From: Azolla caroliniana
Lineage: Eukaryota > Plantae > Polypodiophyta
DNA length: 64,000 bases
Direction of reading: 5' to 3'
NCBI GenBank assembly: GCA_043228905.1
Contig: JBHGNT010000004.1
Coordinates: 2,604,001 to 2,668,000, forward strand
The notes beneath the pieces are model-generated. The model was not told where the DNA came from and did not search any database. It was given only the letters and a program-made list of their open reading frames with translations. A program made the position numbers and the translations under genes. The first letter of the stretch is position 1; each line of letters opens with the position of its first letter. Positions 1 through 11,121 of this stretch are shown in pieces.

Positions 1-321
1 GAGCGCCTCTTCGAAGGCCTCCCATGAACTATGAGCCTCATGGAGCTCCTTTATTTCTGCATGCGTCCAGACAGCCACGACCCGACAGAAGAACTCCAGC
101 CTCAACGCCTCGTCTACGCCACGCTCCTCCATTTCCGCGTTGTAGGCTTCCGAGTAAGGTGGGACTTTGTCCCCGTTGAAACGGCCGACTCTTTCGACCA
201 CTCGCTCAAACGCTTGTTGCGCTGCTTCTCGCCTCATCACCTCTCGTGCCGACTCCAACACCACTTCGGCCACCATCTCTGCAAGATCGTCATCTTCCGA
301 CTCTATATTCCCTTGCCGCCT

Positions 322-339
322 TTCACGTCGGGTTCACCA
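322..339 (-). promoter_or_regulatory. Primer-binding site complementary to tRNA-Trp 3' end (gypsy A)
   Basis: Plus strand TTCACGTCGGGTTCACCA matches the 3' 18 nt of plant cytosolic tRNA-Trp as I recall it (…TTCACGTCGGGTTCA-CCA); it lies 4 nt inside the LTR end. Confidence 0.8.
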
Positions 340-418
340 AAGATGTCGCGTTGTTACGCGCGTGCGTGGAGAAAGGCGGGACCACGGGGGTCTTGGACTA
401 GGGAGCGACGGAGCGTAG

Positions 419-707
419 TGTCGAATACATGTGTATAATGGACGTATTCAACATTATCCCGTTTTGGCCATTTATGTAATTATCATAAAGGGTAGTTGCC
501 CTAAGTCGGTCACTATATATAGTGACCTTGTAACCTCTTTGTGAGGTTGGTTGTTGTATCATTTGTTTATGCAATAGAGTGTTTTTGTGCCTCTTTGTCT
601 CTCTCTCTCTCTCTCTCTGTGCAACGACCTACGAACAGTCATACGCAGGTACTGAACAGAAATCGAATGCTTCTAGATCTTCCGCATTGACGACATTGCT
701 TCCAACA
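419..707 (+). repeat. 5' LTR of copia A
   Basis: Direct repeat of 5588-5876; TG…CA termini; TATA inside a palindrome at 508-527; (CT)n tract. Confidence 0.97.
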
Positions 708-709
708 TC

Positions 710-721
710 TGGTATCAGAGC
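710..721 (+). promoter_or_regulatory. PBS (initiator tRNA-Met) of copia A
   Basis: TGGTATCAGAGC, 2 nt after the 5' LTR. Confidence 0.95.
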
Positions 722-1380
722 CTGCACAGTAGTCGGTCCTTCAATCCGCTGTCGGCCGTCGTCTCTGCATTCGGTTTCCTGCGTCATTCGAAGAAGAGAG
801 AAGAAGAAGAAAAACCAGGTTTGCATCTCATCGCGTTAGATCATCTTTGTTTGGAGTAAGCCAGCAGGTTGTACTCCGTTCCCAGTGATCGTAACCGCTC
901 GAGGTGAAATCCCCTTGTGCATCATTGACACGATCGTGCTCCATTCGGTTAAACGGCATCCGAAAAGGTCGTTAAACGCTGCTCGCTGCTCGTTGTAACC
1001 ACTCGGTACAGATCGGTCTTAAGCAATCAACCCCAAATTCGTGCTTCATCTGGCTGATCGACATTCGAGAGGATCAGTTGGATCCATCTCTCTCGTCGCT
1101 GCAGTCAACCGAAGCAGAATCGGTCCAGATAATCGGTTTCAATAATCGGTATTCGGCACATATATCCGAAGCGAACCGGGCTCACTCCGACTCGGCAACA
1201 TTCGGGAAGACCAGTCGGCTCTGTGCCTCAAGTTACCGGAGTCAATTCGAGCAAGTTCCGAAGCCGAACCGACTCGGGTTCAAATCCGACTAGAACGATA
1301 TCGGGTGAGCCAACCGGCTGCACTCCAACAAGGTTCGCAGTCAACTCTGAACCGAGCTTCGTCAACCGAAACCGAATTTG

Positions 1381-4300
1381 ATGGCATCAACATCAGGCTC
1401 GTCAGAAATGAGTCTACGAAAGTTCGATGGATCGAACTTCAACTTCTGGAAGGAACAAATGCAGGACTATCTCATAGTCAAGGGGCAAATCGACCCCATC
1501 GAACATGAAGAACCTCCAGAAGGATACAAACCAATTGAGTGGCAGAAGCTGGACAGAATCGTCCGCGCCACGATTCGGATGCACCTATCGGAATCGGTAT
1601 ACTTCACGGTGCAATCGTGTACGACAGCATTCGAACTGTGGAAAACACTGTCGGACACTTACGAAAAGAAGGTCGCCGCAACGAAGATGTTTCTGATCCG
1701 GCGCCTCTACAACTTGCGGATGAAAGAATCCGACTCGGTCCAAGCACACCTCAATGAGTACGAAAGCATAAGCTCCCAAATCTCGTCACAGGGGACGGCA
1801 ATCGAGGATGAACTCAGAGCAATGATACTCATGAGCAGCCTTCCCTCATCATGGGAAACTTTCGTTACAACCGTGTGCAACGCGTCAACCACGGCTGTTA
1901 AATACTCCGAAGTCACGAGCGCAATCCTGACCGAAGCAGCTCGGAGAAAGTCTTTCGCCAAAGACTCAACAGACGACGCTTACGTAGTACAAGGTTCGAC
2001 AGACCGATCGAACATACGAGGAAGAGATTCCTCACGACCGCCGAACAATCAGCGAAGACGGAGCCAGTCACGGGACAACCGAATCTGCAACTATTGCAAG
2101 AAACCCGGACACATCAAAGCCGACTGCCGCGCACTGAAGAACAAGAACAACAAGAAGAGTGGCCGGCATGAGGAGATCAATTACGTCAGCTTCTCAGCTG
2201 ACGTACTACCGGACGACCCGAATATACTATCCATCGAAAATCCAGTCGGATCAGAAGTTCTACTCACGACTGAAGAATCGAGCACATGGCTCTTAGATTC
2301 GGGCGCGTCATTTCACGTGACTCCTCATCGATCCCAATTTCGGCAATACACGATCCGTCACTCCGACTCAGTTCGGGTCGGTAACTCGCAACACTGTGAC
2401 ATCATCGGAATCGGCACAGTAGAGCTCAACCTTGCAGGTGGCTCTACACTTGTACTCCACAATGTCCGACATGTACCCGAGCTCTCAAGGCCATTGATCT
2501 CAGTCGGACAACTAGATGAAGACGGCATTCGTGCCGGTTTTTCTTCGGGAGGGTGGACACTCCACAGGGGGAACCTCCTGCTTGCTAGAGGACCCAAGAT
2601 ACACTCACTGTATCCGTTACATGTTACACTCAGAGAGGGTAACCTGTTCTTGGTGGATATTCCTGTGTCATCACTATGGCACCGAAGATTAGGACACCTC
2701 CGCAAGGCCGGCATCACGCATCTATCTAGAGCCGGATACATCCCCAAACTCTCCTTCTCCGACCATCAATTCTGCGAGCATTGCCAGTATGGCAAACAAG
2801 CCGCCGCATCACACCCGACATCAGCACCAAGAGAAACGAGACCTCTCGACTTGGTCCACTCGGACGTCTGCGGCCCAATGCCGCATCAATCTCTAGGCGG
2901 TGCATCTTACTTCGTCACTTTCATTGACGACTCGACTCGAAAGGTGTGGGCGTATCCAATTCGCACCAAAGATCGTGTCTTCTCGATCTTTTCAGATTGG
3001 CTCGCTATGGTGGAAAATCAAACCGACCGAAAGCTGAAATGCTTTCGGACAGACAATGGGGGAGAGTTCAAATCCGAAGAATTCGTCAAATTCTGCCGAC
3101 AACGCGGCATTCGACGTGAATTTACGGCACCACACAGTCCGGAGCAAAACGGGATTGCCGAACGCATGAATCGGACAATCCAAGAACGGATAGTTTCCAT
3201 GCTCCAACACTCCGGACTATCGGATGGCTTCTGGGCAGAGGCTCTACTCACGGCAGCACACATAATCAATATGTCGCCAAGTAGACCTCTAGGACTTCAA
3301 ATTCCTCAAGAACTATGGATCGGCAGTAAGCCGAATTACGACAAGCTGAGGATCTTCGGATGCGAGGCGTACGCCCTTATTCCGAAAGATGATCGCCGAA
3401 AACTTGCACCTCGGTCCAGGAAATGCATTTTCCTTGGATATGGATCCGACGGCGAAATGGGATACCGACTCTGGGACCCCGAACGCAGACAAATCGTTCG
3501 AAGTTCGGACGTTGTGTTCAACGAGTCGGCTATGAATCCATCAATCGAAAAACCAATCGAAGTCCGAAGGGTAACATTTTCCGATGTGCCGACCCTTCAA
3601 GAAGGCCCTGCTCTCAACACACGGTCAGCTTCACGGGTAGCTGAACCTTACACTACCGACTCGGACAACCCCGACTCGGCACAGCAGAACAATCCGCTTT
3701 CGGACCATCCGACGACGATACCCGATGCGACCAGTCCAATCATGCCTCGACGATCCGAGAGACTGTCGCAACCTCCGGAGAGGTACTCTCCTGGAATTTT
3801 CTTCACCGACGCCGGCGAACCGACGTCTTACGAAGAGGCATCGACATCTGTCGATTCAGCCACCTGGCATCTGGCGATGGAGTCGGAAATGCACTCCATT
3901 CGGGCAAACAAGACTTGGGATCTGGTCGAATTACCTAGGAACCGACGTGCTCTTCCTTGCAAGTGGGTTTATCGACTAAAAGAGACGTCAGATTCGACCA
4001 CCCCAAAGTACAAGGCCAGATTAGTTGCGAAGGGCTTCCGACAAGAATATGGCGTCGACTTCGACGAGATTTTTTCACCAGTGGTGAAAATGACAACCCT
4101 TCGTTTCCTACTCGGCGTAGTGGCAGCCGACAACTTGGAGCTGATTCAGCTAGATGTCAAAACAGCCTTCCTCCATGGTGATCTCGAGGAGGAAATTTAT
4201 ATGGAGCAGCCAAAAGGCTTCGTGGCAACCGGCCAAGAACATCTAGTCTGCCGACTCAGGAAGAGTCTATACGGCCTCAAACAGGCACCGCGACAATGGT

Positions 4301-5394
4301 ACAAGAAGTTCGACGACTTCATCCAATCGATCGGCTTCTCAAAAAGCGATGAGGACCATTGTCTCTTCACCAACACAGCTCAAGATGGATCACCCATCTT
4401 CCTCATCATTTACGTGGACGACATGCTAATTTCTGGACGCCACGCGGGCGAACTTGCCGATCTCATTCGGCAACTGCGGTTGAAGTTTGCCATGAAGGAC
4501 CTCGGTCCGGCACGACACATACTCGGCATGAAGATTAGTCGGCATCGCGATAAACGACATCTTTTTTTGTCTCAGACCGACTATACCCGACGTGTCTTAG
4601 AACGCTTCAACATGCAATCAGCCAAATCTGCTTCAACCCCGCTCCCCATGAATCTTCGGCTCTCTCAGCGAGACTGCCCGACATCCGGTCCGGAGGGGGA
4701 AGATATGAAGTCGGTACCGTATGCACCGGCAGTCGGCTCCCTTATGTACCTGATGGTCGCGACACGGCCTGATATTTCTCATGCAGTAGGAGTCGTTAGC
4801 AGATTTATGCACAATCCTGGCCGATCGCATTGGAACGCAGTCAAGCATGTGTTCAGATATCTGACTGGCACAAAAGACCATGGCATTCTTTTCGGTCCGA
4901 ACCGAACCTCTGGCGTAGTCGGTTACACCGACTCGGACTTCGCCGGCTGTATAGACAGTCGGAAATCAACAACCGGATACTGCTTCAAATTCGGCAATGG
5001 AGCAATCTCGTGGAAGTCGAAACTTCAGGAGTGCACAGCGACCTCAACGACCGAAGCAGAATATGTAGCTGCGTCCGACGCAGCAAAAGAAGCTTTGTGG
5101 CTCGGTCGGCTGGCGCACACGTTTCGACAAGTCGAACATGACTCGGCTCCAGTTATCTACAGCGACAGTCAAGGTGCTGTTGCCTTGTCAAAAAATCCGG
5201 TTCACCACAACGCCTCCAAACATATCGACGTTCGATATCACTTCGTTCGGGACTGCGTCATCTCAGGGAAAATCGGTCTAGAGAAAATATCCACAACCGA
5301 CAATGTCGCAGATGGAATGACCAAGTGTCTCTCGGCAGACCGTTTTCGGTCTCTTCGGCATCAGATGGGCGTAACGACAAACCAGTCCGGTTAG
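1381..5394 (+). CDS. Copia gag-pol polyprotein (gag, zinc knuckle, protease, integrase, RT, RNase H)
   Basis: Uninterrupted ORF. CNYCKKPGHIKADC knuckle; WLLDSGAS protease; WHRRLGH…CEHC; integrase D(SDVCGP), D(TDNGGEF), E(AERMNRT); RT YVDDML; RNase H YTDSDFAG and KHIDVRYHFVRD. Copia domain order (INT before RT). Confidence 0.97.
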   Translation: MASTSGSSEMSLRKFDGSNFNFWKEQMQDYLIVKGQIDPIEHEEPPEGYKPIEWQKLDRIVRATIRMHLSESVYFTVQSCTTAFELWKTLSDTYEKKVAATKMFLIRRLYNLRMKESDSVQAHLNEYESISSQISSQGTAIEDELRAMILMSSLPSSWETFVTTVCNASTTAVKYSEVTSAILTEAARRKSFAKDSTDDAYVVQGSTDRSNIRGRDSSRPPNNQRRRSQSRDNRICNYCKKPGHIKADCRALKNKNNKKSGRHEEINYVSFSADVLPDDPNILSIENPVGSEVLLTTEESSTWLLDSGASFHVTPHRSQFRQYTIRHSDSVRVGNSQHCDIIGIGTVELNLAGGSTLVLHNVRHVPELSRPLISVGQLDEDGIRAGFSSGGWTLHRGNLLLARGPKIHSLYPLHVTLREGNLFLVDIPVSSLWHRRLGHLRKAGITHLSRAGYIPKLSFSDHQFCEHCQYGKQAAASHPTSAPRETRPLDLVHSDVCGPMPHQSLGGASYFVTFIDDSTRKVWAYPIRTKDRVFSIFSDWLAMVENQTDRKLKCFRTDNGGEFKSEEFVKFCRQRGIRREFTAPHSPEQNGIAERMNRTIQERIVSMLQHSGLSDGFWAEALLTAAHIINMSPSRPLGLQIPQELWIGSKPNYDKLRIFGCEAYALIPKDDRRKLAPRSRKCIFLGYGSDGEMGYRLWDPERRQIVRSSDVVFNESAMNPSIEKPIEVRRVTFSDVPTLQEGPALNTRSASRVAEPYTTDSDNPDSAQQNNPLSDHPTTIPDATSPIMPRRSERLSQPPERYSPGIFFTDAGEPTSYEEASTSVDSATWHLAMESEMHSIRANKTWDLVELPRNRRALPCKWVYRLKETSDSTTPKYKARLVAKGFRQEYGVDFDEIFSPVVKMTTLRFLLGVVAADNLELIQLDVKTAFLHGDLEEEIYMEQPKGFVATGQEHLVCRLRKSLYGLKQAPRQWYKKFDDFIQSIGFSKSDEDHCLFTNTAQDGSPIFLIIYVDDMLISGRHAGELADLIRQLRLKFAMKDLGPARHILGMKISRHRDKRHLFLSQTDYTRRVLERFNMQSAKSASTPLPMNLRLSQRDCPTSGPEGEDMKSVPYAPAVGSLMYLMVATRPDISHAVGVVSRFMHNPGRSHWNAVKHVFRYLTGTKDHGILFGPNRTSGVVGYTDSDFAGCIDSRKSTTGYCFKFGNGAISWKSKLQECTATSTTEAEYVAASDAAKEALWLGRLAHTFRQVEHDSAPVIYSDSQGAVALSKNPVHHNASKHIDVRYHFVRDCVISGKIGLEKISTTDNVADGMTKCLSADRFRSLRHQMGVTTNQSG

Positions 5395-5587
5395 AGCCGG
5401 GCACAGAGCAGGATGGTTCCCGACAACCGACATCAGTTCCTTAATGATCGGCTTCAACTGTTCCGACCCGACCAGTTCGGTCTTCTGCCTTCGGACCCTG
5501 CCGACTCGAACAAAGCTGATATGTCCGAGAACCTAAGTCTATACCTGTAATCTTAGATAACCCATGTATACGCCCATTACGGGGGAG

Positions 5588-5876
5588 TGTCGAATACATG
5601 TGTATAATGGACGTATTCAACATTATCCCGTTTTGGCCATTTATGTAATTATCATAAAGGGTAGTTGCCCTAAGTCGGTCACTATATATAGTGACCTTGT
5701 AACCTCTTTGTGAGGTTGGTTGTTGTATCATTTGTTTATGCAATAGAGTGTTTTTGTGCCTCTTTGTCTCTCTCTCTCTCTCTCTCTGTGCAACGACCTA
5801 CGAACAGTCATACGCAGGTACTGAACAGAAATCGAATGCTTCTAGATCTTCCGCATTGACGACATTGCTTCCAACA
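5588..5876 (+). repeat. 3' LTR of copia A
   Basis: Matches 419-707; preceded by the PPT and followed by TSD CGTAG. Confidence 0.97.
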
Positions 5877-6199
5877 CGTAGGAAGTCGCACTTCACCGTT
5901 TCCGGGGCATCCCAGAAGCACGCCGGAAGCAACCGAAGGGAGAGAGAGAGAAAGAGAGGGAGCGCGCGCTTGACACAAAGGGCGTTCCCTTCCTTTTATA
6001 GAACAAGGAAAGGGATGCGTTACAATGTGGGACAAATCCCACCTTACATGGGATCGTCTGCCCCGACTTGACTACTCTTCGGCGCCATAAAGGCCCCTCG
6101 ATATTCACACTAAATGTACATGGGTGCGTGCACACGCTGCACCCCGCCGATGTAGCCAACGTTCCCGTTTTCCGCCTTTGGCCGAAATTCTTCACGACA

Positions 6200-6439
6200 A
6201 CGGTATACCCTCTAGTGCAAAATGGGCAACCCTTTCACCAAGGGCGTTCCCTTCCTTTTATAGAACAAGGAGAGGGATGCGTTACAATGTGGGATAAATC
6301 CCGACTTACATATTCTTCGGCGCCATAAAGGCGCCCTCGATATTCACACTAAATGTACATGGGTGCGTACACATGCTTCAACCCGCCGATATAGCCAATG
6401 TTTCCCGGTTTCCGCCTCTGGCCGAAATTCTTGACGACA
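6200..6439 (-). mobile_element. Partial LTR of a sister gypsy element (A'), interrupted by element A and itself inserted in gypsy C RNase H
   Basis: About 6238-6439 repeats about 5977-6199 with an internal deletion and ends TTGACGACA. It abuts gypsy RNase H sequence (KVLSERQRGY) at ACGT. Confidence 0.75.
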
Positions 6440-8504
6440 ACGTATCCTCGTTGTCGCTCGCTCAATACCTTCGCCCCGAACTGGATCGGGAACTGTACGT
6501 CGTCCTTGTCCTCCTGACTAACCACCCCCTGATCCCGGTCGGGCTCATGTCCACCGTCACGTAGATGGGGACTTCCTTGCCGTAAACCAGTTTTCAGAAA
6601 GCCGGTGCTGCAGCAAGCGCCTCCTTCAGTCTTTAGACCGACTCCGTGTGCTCCATCCTCCACCCGAACCTATGCCCTTTCTTCAATAGCCCGTAGAGTG
6701 GTTCCGCGACATGTGCGTAGTGCAGAATCCAGATGTGGAAGAACGCACATGCACCCAAGAATCTGCGGACCTTCGTAACTGACCCGCAATCGTCCTTCAT
6801 CACGGAGATGGCTTCTACCTTTGCCGGGGACGGTTTCTGGCCATAGGGCCCGCACAGGTGTCCGACTACCAGGATCTCTTTCTGCCCGAACGCTAATTTC
6901 TCTCTGGAGAAGGTGAGCCATGCGCTCTCGAGTCTCTGCAGCACATTATCGCAATCATTGATGTGGTTCACGACGAACCTCCGGCATCCGTCCGGCCCAA
7001 CCGTTTTGTCTGCATCCTCCACCGGACACCCTTTTATCTGTACGTCATCTAGGAACGGCATAGTGATGTTCGGGATGCAGTCCCTTAACACTTTGTTCAT
7101 TGCGTTCACCATGTGTGCCACCAAATTCATTCCTCCTTGCGGTAGGGTACACATCCGCACCAATCCGAGAGTAGTCCGCATTGTCGTGATGTCCCTGCTC
7201 TCTACGGCTAGTTGGAACTGGTTGTACCGTGAGTACAAGTCACCGACCGAATAGATCAACCTTCTGGCAAAGGCCTCCACGAACTCGTCTATGGTCGGCC
7301 CGATCCCCACGTTACGGATGGTCACCTTGTTGACTGGTTGCAGGTCCTATATGAAGCGCAACGTGCCATTCTTCTTTGGCATTGTGAACCACCGATTCGA
7401 GTATGGGGCACTCGACAGTTCGAGGATGCTCATATCCACCTTCTGCTTCAGTAGCTCCATCAGCATCGGGATGTGAGCTCTGGGTACCGGAATCGGTTTG
7501 AGATTCCACGGCACATGCGGTACCGTGAAGATCACCATCGGCTCGACGATAGTCGGGTCTACACACCCAATCTCCTCCGGCGAGAACGTGAAGGCCTTCC
7601 CGTACCTTCCGAGCATCCTCCGAAACCGGTCCTCCTCCTCCGACAGTAGAAAGCCACCCCCACCAACCTTGAGCTCCCGTAGTGTTATATCGGTGAACGT
7701 GTGTCCTATGCTAGCCGGATTTTGTAAACTTGGGTCCGACGCGACCCCTTTTATCCGTAACTCATTGCCCTCCGGCAAGGGTGCCGCGACTCGCCTCACC
7801 TTTCGGTCCACAGTCTTGTACTTCGTATCCACTCGGGCCGTCCGATTCGACTCGAGTCCATTACCGAAGTCGGCAATGACTTCATACATCTCTTCCGAAC
7901 ATACCGGAATCATTTGGTCCTCGCTAAGGCCTTCTCCGAGCACCTCCCATAACCTCCCCAAGGTGTCGTCAAAAGAGACCGTCTCCACGGCTCCGTTGAT
8001 TTCCACTTCAAGGCCGAGGACTCTGCATGCCTGAAGTCATTCCTCCGTTCGCTTCTTTTCCCAACCAGCTACGCCAGTTATCGTACAACCTCCGTTTTTA
8101 GAGAGCCAAAATTTCCTACCTATGATACATGTGTGGGGTTCTTCCGGGGTGTCTGGACTATCGCGGCCCCACGCCTTGATAGCCCTCTGTAAAAATCCCC
8201 TCGGTTGTCGCCGCCAAGGGTCTCGCGGTTCCGCTCGTGGTTGGGTCGCACTGTCATGAATTGGACGGAATGCCAACCGTCTTGGCTCTTGACACGTGCA
8301 CACGCCGAACCATTGTCCAGTACTTTTGTCTCCATGCGTGTTGTCGTAATGTACGGCTCGCCTAGAATTACAGTAATGCTGATCTATCTCGATGTCGACG
8401 ATCTTCACGCGTATGTTTGGGCACGCACCATGCAGCTCCTCTGTAGCGCGCGTCACCACGCGTATCTTCCACCCGTGCTTGGTGTTGATAGGCCATTTCC
8501 CCTT
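6440..8504 (-). pseudogene. Gypsy element C internal fragment: end of protease, linker, RT, start of RNase H (decayed)
   Basis: Minus-strand ORFs 8120-8335, 8037-8636, 7347-8006 and 6633-7325 are collinear with element D pol (KYKTVDRKV, PYSNRWF, LPQG, MPFLDD). In-frame stops and frameshifts are present. Confidence 0.9.
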
Positions 8505-11121
8505 TGACGGGAACCCAACGTTCCTTATGCGCAATGCTCGGCCACAACCGAGATTCTTTTCATACACAGAAAAACGGGAAATAAAACACGATACAAAGGA
8601 GAGGAAGATACACACCGAGCCGTATACCGAGCTCACCGATGAAGTCCTTCATCCATAAGATTTCCTTGCCGGCTTCCACAACTGCCATTTACTCCGCCTC
8701 CGTGGTTGACAATGCAACCGTCTTCTGCAGCCTCGACTGCCATGAAACAGCTCCCCCTGCATATGTCATTACATACCCGGATGTAGACCGGCTGGTATCC
8801 ACGTCAGCCGACATGTCCGAATCGGTGAAACCGTCCAATTGAGGTTTTCCGGAGCCGAATCAGAGACACATATTTGAAGTGCCCTTCAAATACCAGAGTA
8901 TCCATTTGACTGTGTTCCAGTGCTCCTTGCCGGGATTACTCATGAACCGGCTCACCACTCCGACTGCGTATCCAATGTCCGGTCGGGTACAAACCATTGC
9001 GTACATCAAGCTCCCGACGGCAGAGGCATATGGGATCTTCATCATATCTGCCTTCTCTGCTTTCGTCTTCGGGCTTTGCTTACCGGATAGCTTGCAGTTT
9101 GCCGGAAGTGTCGATCCGACCGGTTTTGCATCTGACATCTTGAACCGGTGAAGCACCTTTGTCACATACTTCTCCTGTGACAGCCATAATTGCTTCTTTG
9201 ACCGGTCCCGAATGATGTGCATCCCCAACATCTGTCTTGCCGGACCCAAGTCTTTCATTGAAAAGGTCCGGTTGAGAGCCTTCTTCAGCATCCGTATTTT
9301 GACTTGGTCCCGTCCGACGATCAACATGTCATCCACGTACAGGAGGAGTATCAGGAAGTCCCCTCCTTCGAACTTCTTCACAAACACGCAGTGATCGGCC
9401 TGCGTCTTGTGGTACCCTTGATCGGTCATGAAGGAGTCGAACTTCCGGTACCATTGTCGGGGAGCCTGCTTCAGTCCGTACAGGCTCTTCATCAACCGGC
9501 ATACCAGGTGCTCCTTCCTTTTCTCCACAAATCCTTCCAGTTGCTGCATGTAGATTTCCTCTTCGAGGTCGCCGTGAAGGAATGTCGTCTTCACGTCCAG
9601 CTGCTCTACCTCGAGGTCCATGCTTGCTGCTATACTCAGCACCGTCCGGATGGAGGTCATCTTTACTACCGGGGCAAATATCTCATCGAAGTCCACGCCC
9701 TTCTTGTTTTGGAACCCCTTGACCACGATCCTGGCTTTGTATCTCGGGGGGTTTCCGGCATCTCCCGGTTTCAACTTGTACACCCACTTGTTTCGGAGTG
9801 CCCGCTTTCCTTTCGGCAACTCCACCAATTCATACGTATGGTTCTCATGCAGGGAATCCATCTCATCCTGCATGGCACTTAACCATTTTCTGTTGTGGGT
9901 GTCTTCCTTTGCTTCTTCGAAGCTTTCCGGCTCCCCCTCATCGGTTAGCAGAACATGCTCTGCATCCGGAAATCTCCAGGGCGCCCTTCTCTCTCTGAGA
10001 GGATATCTCCGTCTTCGGGCTTCGGTAACCGACTCCTCCATTTGCTCTTCATCTGAATCCGATTCGGGGTCTTGGCCGGTTCCGGTCTCAGCTTCCTTTA
10101 CTTCTTCTTCTGCCGGTTCGGTATCCTCACCGTAACCGGCTGGTTCCTCGAGTGCTAACCGGTCTCATGCCAGTTGGGTCTGCTCATCGTAGAGTCTATC
10201 CTTACCGGTCGACTCAGAGTTCATTATCTTCTTCTCCGACTCCCAGTCGGCGAGCGTCTTGTCCTCCATGAAGATAATATCTCGACTCCGGAATACCTTC
10301 TTGTCGACCGGGTCCCACACTCGGTAGCCGAACTCATGGTTTCCGTAACCGAGGAATATGCATGGCCGGGTCTTTGGATCTAACTTACCTCTCCGGTCCT
10401 TAGCTACATGCACGTTGTCGAGGTATTCCTCGCGGATGCGTGGAATGAGGCTGGGCTTCGGGGGTCTTGTACCGAAGAGCAAGAGACAAGGGAGAAGGGA
10501 AAGGACCCACTACGTGCGAGCGTAGATTCAGAGGGACACGGCCCTTCGACACAAAGACACGAGTGGGACACCAACGCAGAGAGACACGAATGTAGGTATA
10601 TATATATATTAACAAAGACAAACATCACGAAGCACGAAGTCGGTTACAACCGAACAGGCCGGCGAACAGATGCCGATGCCTGTTCGTAAACGCTCAGAAA
10701 GAAGGGAGTAGGTTGGAGGTGCTGCCGGAAGCACTCGGGCATTCCTCAGAGCAGCACGAGCCTCCCGAAAACCTGCACAGCAAGAAGCTACGGAGTATGG
10801 AAGAGAGAGAAGCCTTCGGCCGACAACCCGACAGCACTTCGTCCCCTCTAACCGCGATCCCTTCCTCCTCCTCGTCTCCCTCCTTTTATAGGCAAGAAGG
10901 GAGCCGTTTCCTATTAACTTCCTACCTACCTAGGATCTTCCATGTCCCTAATTCTCTCTTATGTACAACACAAGGCGTACGTGCATGAAGAGCCGATTCC
11001 TATGCTCCAGCGCACCGATTCCGCTCGTGGATGGTTTTCTTCACGACATCCGCCCCCACCTAACCGTGCATCCACCGGCATGCGCCAAGTTGAGTTGGGA
11101 CGGAGAAAACCGGTCTAGCCT

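Larger units (their letters stand above)
419..5876 (+). mobile_element. Intact Ty1/copia LTR retrotransposon (Tnt1/Tork-like), 5458 bp
   Basis: 289-bp TG…CA LTRs at 419-707 and 5588-5876, no differences seen by eye. 5-bp TSD CGTAG (414-418, 5877-5881). tRNA-iMet PBS TGGTATCAGAGC at 710-721. PPT ACGGGGGAG at 5579-5587. Single gag-pol ORF. Confidence 0.97.
1..6199 (-). mobile_element. 5' part of Ty3/gypsy element A (5' LTR 344-6199 split by the copia insertion, PBS, gag start); runs off the left edge
   Basis: On the minus strand the LTR starts TGTCGTGAAGAA (6199) and ends CGCGACA (344), termini similar to element D. The PBS follows at 322-339. Bases 1-300 read on the minus strand as a gag N-terminus (DLAEMVAEV...VGRFNGDKV...SSWEAFEEAL) homologous to element D gag (DLAEAMASA...IGRFSGKDA...RTWEEFEGRL). 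Confidence 0.8.
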
